From the NCBI GenBank assembly GCA_037379345.1, contig CM074520.1:13619488-13683487 (forward strand): a DNA stretch of 64,000 bases. Reading direction: 5' to 3'. This DNA is from Perna viridis (taxonomy: Eukaryota). Made by a program: the position numbers and the translations under genes. Every line of letters begins with the position of its first letter. The stretch's first letter is position 1. This document shows, one piece after another, positions 55,301-64,000 of the stretch. The notes below the pieces were generated by a model, which searched no databases, was not told the DNA's origin, and worked only from the letters and a program-made list of their open reading frames with translations.

Positions 55301-58300
55301 TGCAAAGTTCCTTTGTTCCTTTGTTTAGTACCATAAAATACAGGTTAACAATAGTTTTTGAGTAAGGCCATTTTGAACATTTTGTCATCCCCCTTTTTTC
55401 ACCATTACATGGGCGCGGGATCATTTAATGTTCCATTAATGCTCTGTCTTTGTATGCTTTTTCACAGTATTGCTTGTTAAAGAATTTAACTTGTCAATAA
55501 TAATAACTTTTCTCTTAAAAATGTGTTGGTTTTTCATCTAACAAATTTGTGACAATGAGTTGTGAGGGTATCCCCCAAAAATGTACGTATGAAACAACAC
55601 TGTGCACAATACTCTCCTTTTGGATCTGTATATTCATGAAAAATACATTAAGATAATTTGGGTCACAATTAGTATGTGGGTAATTTAACTGTCATTATGT
55701 CAAAACATGTATAATACAATGTTTGCTGTTAAAAGCAACTTAAGTGGTACAAATGTATCATCTGTATATGTGATACAAGATACACTGAGGTAAAAACAAT
55801 TTTTTTTAAAATGTGACTAATTCCCCAATGTGTGAAATCTGATAACACATTAGTGTGACATTTAAGACTACTTGCTTTAGTGTAAATTATTAAATGTTTT
55901 TATTGATTTGCATTTTGTGAATATATTATTTAAGATAAATGTTTTACATAGACATTTAGTATAGAAAAAACATTATGGCATGATATAATAAGTTGTCCCA
56001 TCAGAAAATGTATTTATTGTGTTAGTATCTCTTGACCAGGTTGGATACAGCTGAAACAGCCACATCAATGTTAGACCACCAACATGAAATGGAGGTCGTC
56101 ACCTCCACCACAGATACTATAATGGAGGAGGCTGAGGATGAGGGCCATGGATCTGGCAAAAATAATGACAATATAGAAAACAGATTACATGGGAGTGAAC
56201 AAAGCTCAAATGATACTCCAAATTCCTCATCCAATAGACAACAGAGTTCTGAAAGTCCTCCATCATCTGAAATTTCTGTATGTATAGTTACTTACATTAG
56301 GTTTCTGTAAATCTGTTATTTTTGTGTATGTAGTGTTCTGTATGTTAAAGTCAGATTTAAACATCTTTATTTTTTTTTTAATTAAAGAATTAACATTTCT
56401 TGACATAATGTAAATAGTTAATAAATGTGGTAAAAGAGAGACAATTCTAAAATATTTTGTTAAATTATGTTCAGTGAATAGAAATTCTCTATTGAGCATT
56501 TATATCTTCTCAGTGATGATAGTTTATTAAGCCTACATTAGAAATTTGAATACCTCATATTGTAATGATAAGGATGTATTTCATAATAGAAGTAGGTTTT
56601 AATGTTGTCTCATATTTTGTTAATACATGTATTTGTGTTTAAATAAATGTTTTCAGTAGTTCAACAGTATAACAGTCACCATGAGCCTTTTATCATGATT
56701 CAGCAGCTTATTTGAAATATTCTTCTTTTAATTATGTAGACAAAATACACATGGAGAATAGACCTTGGTAAAACAGAGCCATATTGGAAAGGTAAGTAAT
56801 TAAAGAATTAAGCTTTGATCCTGAATAAGGTAAAACTGTAGTTTACCCAATGAAAATTCTCCCAGAATGAGATTCTGTACCCGAAAAATTTCACAAAAAC
56901 CAATCACATTATATTTGAAAAAAACAAAATAGAACTGGGTAAAAATGGAGGTCTTGTTTTGAAAAATCTGACACATAATTTAAATTGCAAAAATGTGGCA
57001 GTTCTGTTGATTTTTCTATCTAAATGGAATAGTTGGACAATATTCATGTTCATGGTAGGAGATGATTATGTTAATGACTGATAATGGTAAAATGTAACCC
57101 TGAAGAGAAAAAAGACAACCATACCATCTAGCCATTGTCAGATTAATTGAAAATTAGATAATGAAATTTATAAATCTGTGGAGTAATTGTTGTAATAAAT
57201 AAAATGAAGTTTTTGATACTTCAGGAACAAAATACTTTATGTCATTGGTCCATCACTGGTGATTTCCTACTATTCCTGAACACTACACAAAAATATAGTC
57301 CAAACGTAATTCCTTTTATCACTCAATACCTCTTTTATAACGAGTAAATATGTTTCTTGCAATTTATCAGCTCCATAATATTCTATTATTTATGCAGATA
57401 AAATTAAGATCTAGTCTTCATATCAACTCCTTTTTGGCCTAATTGAAAGATATTTAGTAATAAATTTACATTTAGGGAATTTATTTCCTGCAGTTATGTG
57501 TCTGGAAGGATAATATGTGTTTAATATTTTCATTTAAACACATTTACAAGTCAAATTATCCATTCTATCATTAATATTTTACCATGTATAAACAGCAAGT
57601 GAAGAGCAGTGATTTTAACCAAGTAAAATTGGCTTCAAAATTCAAATTGATAAAAGTGTTTAGTTTTGAAAATCTTGTGTTAAGGAAATCATTTTCTTAA
57701 GCTGATAATGGTTTTATTTTTAAATATTTAAAAATATTATTGTATGTAGGATAAATACTCTGTTAATATAGCTTTTGAATGTAAATGTAGCACATTCACT
57801 TTTGGATAGATTTAAAATTAGGGTAAAAGGTGAAATGGACCAAAATTTTGTCAATATGGGTGAAGTTGGATCAGTAGTATAGATTGACTTTAAATTTATA
57901 CACTCCCAAAGGGAGCCTAAATGGTTGTATTATCAACTGAATCCTGCATACTTATGGGCAGAGACAGTATCAATATCCGGTTTGAGTTATGTAAAATCAG
58001 GAGCTTTAAAATAGTATAATTGCAGCTTCATTTTCGTATACTTGGTAAATGCGGTTGAGGACCACATCAGTTCAGTGAAACATAAAATAGCTTTGATGGT
58101 TAAACGCAAATTGAATCTGAGCTTTTTCTAAAATAGGGATGGTCAAAACATAGCACATGAATGTTTACAAAAATTACGTTATTGATACCGGACAATTCAA
58201 CCAAAGAACTTTTTGGACCATGACAACCTACAGTTCCTTACCAAAGCTGGACACTTCAGTCCGTACATATTTCAGACCATGACAATAGGAGAATGTAAAT

Positions 58301-61043
58301 GGCAATAAAAACTGTATATCATTGCACATTTTACCAATTACAAAAACTATGACAGGATTTAGGTATTTGAATTCATGGTTTTTTTGTTTTTTTTTTCGGG
58401 AGCGTTTTTCAAGGTTTCACCTTCCTCATATTACATAATAAAATGGACGTTTCTTAATAGTATTTAAAATGAAATGTACGATCATTTTTTTTTACATCAT
58501 ATAATCTTTGAAATTTTGTTCATGCTACAGTTTTCACAAGAATAAGAAACCGCCTGTGCTTTCAGCACTTTGATTTTGAATGCTCATGGCTTTATTTCAG
58601 GCTGGTTTCAAGGTTTATCACAAAAGTTTTTATCCTGTGAAGTTCCTAAAATGCTTTTGTTAGCAGGTAAATCCCTTACCCTGTTGCTTACTTCTTTGTT
58701 TACTTTTACCTATTGCACTTAATATTGAAGATATCACAGACCCTACTTGGTGTCCAGTTTAATAAGTAAAATATTTTAACTGCCTTGTAAGTGCTTGTAA
58801 TACAGTGCTAATTGATAGATTTTCTCTGCTAAAAACAGGATATAATGCATTATTTGCAAGTTCTATTTATATTTTATGTTTATTTAAGACAACAATAAAG
58901 AAAATAAAATTGTCATAGTCAAAAAGCATTGTGTGTTGTTTCATTTTTATTGTACTATGAATAACACACTCTATGAACTCATACAAGGGAGAGCACCAAT
59001 GGTATCACTATGAAACTACAACTTAACATTGAATGAAACTGTTGTTTTAGTTGTAAAATTGCTAATTCTAGCCAGACTCTATAATACTGGTGGGTTAGGC
59101 ATCATATGTACAAGTGCATTATAGTAGATATCACTGAAGAGGATAATATCTAATATTAATTAACATAAAGCCATATTGAATTGGAGAGTAGTCTTTTTTT
59201 TTTGTGTGCCTTTGCTAAAAAGTTACTTTATACCATAGTCAAATGAAAGTAATGATAAATATAAAGGTTGTTTACAATACACTGGTGTTAATTCCAGGTG
59301 TTGACAGATTAGATAAAGATTTAACTATAGGACAAATGCAAGGTTTGTAGTTTAATTATTAATCTCAGCATCCAATTGATGGCCATACATTGTAAGCAAT
59401 CTATCCGATATTAATGGTGGTATACCTAGCACTACAATGCATGCATAGAACTTCATGTTCATTTTTTTTCAATCATTTCAGTCAATATAAGTTTCCTGGA
59501 GGTAACTATTTACTAGGGAGGTGCCTTTAATCCAGATCTCTGAATTAATTATATTTATTTTATACCTTTCTCTATCAGTAATTTATTATGTTGAACTCAA
59601 ATGAATTAAAATCCTTGAGTGTACATTAGGAATTGGTTATCTCATTTTTTGAGCTGTGCTGACAGTAAATGAATTTTGAATCAAGATTTTCTGTGTATTT
59701 TATGTTTTCATGTTTTAAGCAATTTGTGACTTGAATTGGAAAAATAAAAGCACAAAAATATTGAAGTATCCTTATTGGGCTATATTTTGCTCTACTTAAA
59801 AAAAAGATACTTAGTGAAGTTCTGAATATTATAAAATACAATATTTGTTTCGGTTTTTGAGAACATTTTTCAGTCATATTGTCTTCCTTTTATATTAAAG
59901 GTAAATTCCAGATGCAGGTTTTACCACAGTGTGGTCATGCAGTACATGAGGACAGCCCTGACAAGGTACATCCTTTTTACATTTTGTTCCTTAGAATTCT
60001 TCTGATACGCATGTTATTATAGTAGATGTGTATTGGTATGTTGCATCAGGTATCTGTCTGTCCATCCATCTGTTTGTCTGATGATTCAAGCACGCATCAT
60101 AAAATTATTTAAAAAAACTTCGTGAAATTTTATATTGAAAATTTATGTTGCCAAAATTCTCTCGATCAAAACACCACATTACCCTGACAAAATAAAATTT
60201 TATCATTTATTTTTCTATTTTAAATTTATATTTCTGTATGTTTTCATTGAATGATATCTGTTATATATGTTTGATACTGTGATGGATTTTGCTTGGTGAA
60301 TGTAACATTTTGTTGGGTTGATAAATCTTGATAGCAACTCATATCAAGGTATGAATAATGATGTACTGATATTTGTCATATATTACTATGCAGTGGCAAT
60401 TGTAGTATTTTTTTAAAAAATTTAATATATTTTGAATTTAAAGATAACAGCATCTAAGTTTGTAATGCAAAGTAACATTTCATTGGAAATTTGAATTGTG
60501 AATTTAAAGAATGAGGAAAACCGCAAAACGTGCCTCCCGAAAATGGTACTTCTATAGTTAAAGTACAATTTATGTTAATCTTACAGGTAGCTGATGTCTT
60601 AGCCACATTCCTGGTCAGACATAAGGTTGCGGAAGCTACAGATAATTTCCATAGGTAATTCGTTTTCTTACAAAGGATGCAAGAAAAAGTATTGACTTAC
60701 AACAAATGAATTTGTCCACCTTTTATTCTAATACTTCTTAGATTTGATGACAGAAGGATCCACTCTGAGTGCCAACATGACGATTTATGTACACTTTTAA
60801 TCTCTAAATGCATTTTATTTCTTATTCCTATTTCTTAATTATTTCTTCATCAAAGCCATTCTAAAGTCAAAAAGGCCTTTTTACAGAGTATAGCTCAAAA
60901 TTGTTTCAATTAATACCTACAGGAGTTTTCATGAAATGATATTTTTACTTAGTAAAAACTTTAAAACTACACATTTTTCTATTTTAAAACAGCATATTCA
61001 ATTTATAATTATTCTTTATTTCAGGACATTTCCTGCTTGTTGA
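46374..61043 (+). CDS. PPME1: Protein phosphatase methylesterase 1 (PME-1, alpha/beta-hydrolase), 16 coding exons, about 413 aa
   Basis: Exons: 46374-46447, 50468-50567, 51023-51115, 51658-51715, 52016-52067, 52665-52733, 53352-53437, 54130-54220, 54927-54992, 56040-56277, 56740-56791, 58601-58666, 59298-59342, 59901-59965, 60587-60654, 61025-61043. Phases are consistent; total 1242 nt. Motifs: MSALE start, GRKRDY, LHGGG, DLRGHG, GHSMGG (nucleophile Ser), IDVVEG (Asp), YTWRI, AGVDRLDKDLTIGQMQGKFQMQVLPQCGHAVHED (His), FPAC* end (human FPGC). Confidence 0.97.
46845..48146 (+). mobile_element. Internally deleted hAT-superfamily transposon (ZNF862/TTF-finger type), 15-bp TIR, 5-bp TSD, in PPME1 intron 1
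   Basis: Perfect TIR CAGTGTTCTAGGATT at 46845-46859 and AATCCTAGAACACTG at 48132-48146. TACAA on both flanks. ggaaagt subterminal repeats. Broken transposase N-terminus: FLPSWKLTYP*LEY..MFCLYC..SHDSSKGH and LFRIAYFLGKEGKTLSD..GVDVGFNYHN. Confidence 0.88.
50568..51022 (+). other. U12-type (minor spliceosome) GT-AG intron, PPME1 intron 2
   Basis: Donor GTATCCTT at 50568, branch site TTTCCTTAAC at 51003-51012, AG at 51021-51022, no polypyrimidine tract. The phase-0 join gives KEN|TFRVY. Confidence 0.9.
52810..53240. mobile_element. HINE/pearl-like non-autonomous element with ~145-bp internal tandem subrepeats
   Basis: T-rich start, tctgtctgtttgtc microsatellite, then three degenerate copies (at about 52890, 53035 and 53176) of cc.ggctgtaact..gatatttggcat..gggt.ga..agctcaag. 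This architecture is typical of bivalve Helentron-associated repeats. Confidence 0.55.
53740..53880. mobile_element. Degenerate Tc1/mariner (Tigger-like) MITE
   Basis: gtaaaacctatctaaa..taaacc repeats at the left and inverted tttaggcagttt at the right. A similar relic lies at about 22985-23150. Confidence 0.35.
55155..55450. mobile_element. HINE/pearl-like repeat fragment
   Basis: tttttaccc start followed by a gtctgcctgtctgtctg microsatellite, the same architecture as 52810-53240. Confidence 0.4.
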
Positions 61044-61242
61044 TTTTACAGACATCATGCTACCAATTTTCTCTTGAAGTTTTATATTTATGAAAGCACA
61101 GAACAAAAAAGTAGTGAAAGAAACTTTGCAGGAAACTATACTACATACCAGGGATTGTTTCTTGATGCTACATGTACATGTGGTTTTCCATCTGTGTTTG
61201 ACATACAATAATTTATTTCCTGTACTTTGGATATTTGTTTGT

Positions 61243-61248
61243 AATAAA
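61243..61248 (+). terminator. Candidate PPME1 polyadenylation signal AATAAA
   Basis: First AATAAA about 200 nt after the stop codon. The AT-rich context makes this weak. Confidence 0.4.
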
Positions 61249-61964
61249 TGCAAATAGAAGAGATAATTATTTTATAGAATATATAATTTTAACATTTGCC
61301 AATTTTTTTTATTGTTTTTTTTTTAAGTTTTGACCAAGTAATGTGATATAACCAACTTAGGGACAGTTTATGCTTCATTTACTGGAAAGTTGTTATGAAC
61401 AAAACTAAAATAATAGAAAAAAAAGAAGGCATAACAAATGCACCAGTGTATAACCTAAATAAAAAATAGTAAATTATTTTAAGTAATTCTCTGAAAGGCC
61501 CTTACAACAAAAGTAGTAAAATCCATGGTAACAGAATGATGGATTTTCTAAAAAAAAAATGTAGTGGTAGTGTTAATTTTATAAGGCCTTGACCGTCCAC
61601 CTTTAATTCATGTTTTTTTCTTTAATTTATTATTACTTTAAACACAGTCAAATTGGTCTCATTACAGTTTCTTATCCTGTTTTGATACAGATACATGTAC
61701 TATAATTTCATGATATTACATTTGCATAACAAGAGGGAGCAAAATTAATGTCAATTATATATACTGCATTGGCACCCAGTGTGATGCCTGTTTTCTGTTG
61801 ACATACTTGCCTTCCAAACTTCCAAATAACTTTAAAAATCATTAAAGTGCTTCATGACAGTATCCTTGTATGGATGACAATTATTTTTTTATGCAAATTT
61901 AAACTGTAATATGGTTAGTATTACCGTTTTTTCATCATTAAAAGGTATAATTTTAAAATAAAAA

Positions 61965-63100
61965 AATGTCTTGTTTGTCGTAGCGTTTCGTACTGCGATG
62001 ACTACTGTCCCTAAATTCGAGGTGAAGGTCTAAAGTGGTGCGAAGGAAGCTATGTCATAAGTCTCTTTAATTTCTAGTTCTGGTGGATAAATAAAAAATG
62101 GAAGTCATTCTCCGTAGGATTATTAATGGAGAGATTATCGTCAATTTAGTGATATTTGAAATTAAAGAATCCAATCTCTTTAACCTCCTTGTCTTTCACA
62201 AGATTTTGAAGGCAATCTGATTCATATGAATTAAGAAACATATCAGCCTGGAGAGAGGCACAATTAGCAACCTTTGGAATGCTGATATTTTGTTGAAGAA
62301 GTGTCCCTCCAAAAGGACTAATACATTGTCAAGGAAAAACTCAAGCATATTGATAGCCTTTCAGTGTACCAACTTCCGTCTTTTTGTTCTTTAGTGATAA
62401 AATATGTAGAATCGTAGCATAAAACATCACATTAGTAAGATGCGATTTATGAAGCTGAATGACATGTGAATGATTTTATTTAGACGATGGAGCAAGATTT
62501 AAGATTATCTGAGATAGTAGAGCTTTTTTACAATCTATGTATGATTAATACAACTACGCGCATTTCACATTATTTTTGTCGTTAGACACTGCGAACAAAA
62601 TCTTGGGAGTCGTACAGACAGCTCTTTGGTTGAACAAGTAGCTATGTACTTCTGCTTGTTTGGAAGTTTTTGTACTTTGGGAATCCAATGAAAATAGGTC
62701 TCCAGACTTCTCACTTAAAGAAATATGCATCAAGGCAAATAAGGACGTATGGTTAGCTAGGATTTCATTCTTGTTGAACGTACTGAGTTTGTACGAAGGA
62801 TTCCCCGAATTATCTATTACTTCTATAGCTCTTTTATTCAGTACTTGCAGTTGCCCTTTACGTACCAAAACAATGTTAAAAGCGTTGTCCGCAGAGACAA
62901 CAACATATTTCTAATGAAGACAGGATGGACATTCTGCAGCGTGCATGCATATCTTGGAATTCTGATTAAGGTCGATCATTCATGCAGTGTTTGAGGTTGC
63001 AAATGCGACGTTGTACCAAACACCTTATTGATTTTACCCAGTCTAACAGTGAGCCAAGTTCGGGTTCTTGGATGAAACTTGCATCGTAAAGCAGAGACTT
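61965..63100 (-). mobile_element. Decayed Penelope-like retroelement, reverse-transcriptase remnant
   Basis: Minus-strand translation across frameshifts and stops: KYVVVSADNAFNIVLV, WIPKVQKLPNKQKYIA, INMLEFFLDNV, FGGTLLQQNISIPKVANCASLQADMFLNSYE, FNFKYH*IDDNLSINNP, IYPPELEIKET, LDLHLE, YDKQD. These are the ordered motifs of PLE RTs (GIPMGTNCAPLLADLFL; RYIDD). Confidence 0.85.
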
Positions 63101-64000
63101 AAGAAATTCATGATTGTTTTAATTTTTTCCACTCTGTTCTTCATTGGGCTGCATGAATACTTCACATTTCAACATGAATTCCAAAGGTTCCATAAATATG
63201 AAACGGAAAGGATTACGATAAAGGAATTCTGAACCTGAAAGCTGATAAAGAAATTTTAAGAAGATCAAATGACTAAAACGGTCGATACTGGAAACAATTA
63301 TGAACTTAAATAAAATTGAAACGAGTTGAACGATGAAGTGTAAAAAAAAACTAGAGAACAAAGTGGATCAGAAATGATAAAAACGTTAGACGAAAAGCAA
63401 ACTTCGCTTTCATTAAACCAATGAAAAACGCATTGTTAGATATAAGAAACAACACTTGAACCTAAATTCAAGATCAGAACTGTTTCCTTGTTCGTTAACA
63501 AATAAACCCCACATAAACCGGTTAGTTAATACCAAAACCCAATGTTGAAAACTGTAAAACTGATGATAGCTGCTATTCAGGTAGGAATTAATACACAGAA
63601 ATAACTTGGTCACTTTTATTGTTCTCAGATATTCAACACATCTAGAAAAATCTCTTTACACACAAAAAAAAAGTTTTGAGCTAATGGTAATTTAAATGGT
63701 TATGAGAAAAAAAAACCTTTTGTACATGAAACTCGATCGAACTAATTTTCATTGTTATATGCAAGTCCATGAATTACATAACGTTTTTTTTCTCTAGATA
63801 TTCTAAAATAACAACGCTAAACCATACTTTCATGTCGAATTACATACAGAAATATTAACACACTTATAAATCAATAAATAAATATATATATTATATTTTA
63901 TATATTACTGAGATCATATTATGTACATCTACAGTCAATTATAAAATTATGACTAGGATTGTACATAAAGATTTACATTGTATAATACAAGATTACAAAT

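Noticed and set aside
59966-59977. Donor GTACATCCTTTT resembling a U12 5' splice site
   Set aside because: The ATCCTT is displaced by 2 nt, and no TCCTTAAC branch site precedes the 60586 acceptor. Treated as U2.

Overview
AT-rich eukaryotic genomic DNA with intron-rich genes, probably from a bivalve mollusc (Mytilus-like); that taxon call is an inference from repeat families and base composition. I reconstructed three spliced genes by hand. (1) The first coding exon of an INF2-like formin on the minus strand, running off the left edge. (2) A complete 45-coding-exon C2CD3 orthologue on the minus strand (46065->15396, about 2705 aa). (3) A complete 16-exon PP2A methylesterase PPME1 on the plus strand (46374->61043, about 413 aa). 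C2CD3 and PPME1 are head-to-head with start codons about 310 bp apart, the arrangement I recall for human 11q13.4. Other notable points: a clear U12-type (minor spliceosome) intron in PPME1; a 14-copy 33-bp minisatellite built from a C2CD3 splice acceptor, giving a row of decoy acceptors each followed by in-frame TAA TAA; a hAT-derived element with a 5-bp TSD; a MITE with a 6-bp TSD; a decayed Penelope-like retroelement; and several MITE/HINE-like repeats. Most short ORFs in the supplied track are spurious or are exon fragments. No tRNA, rRNA or CRISPR feature is supportable.
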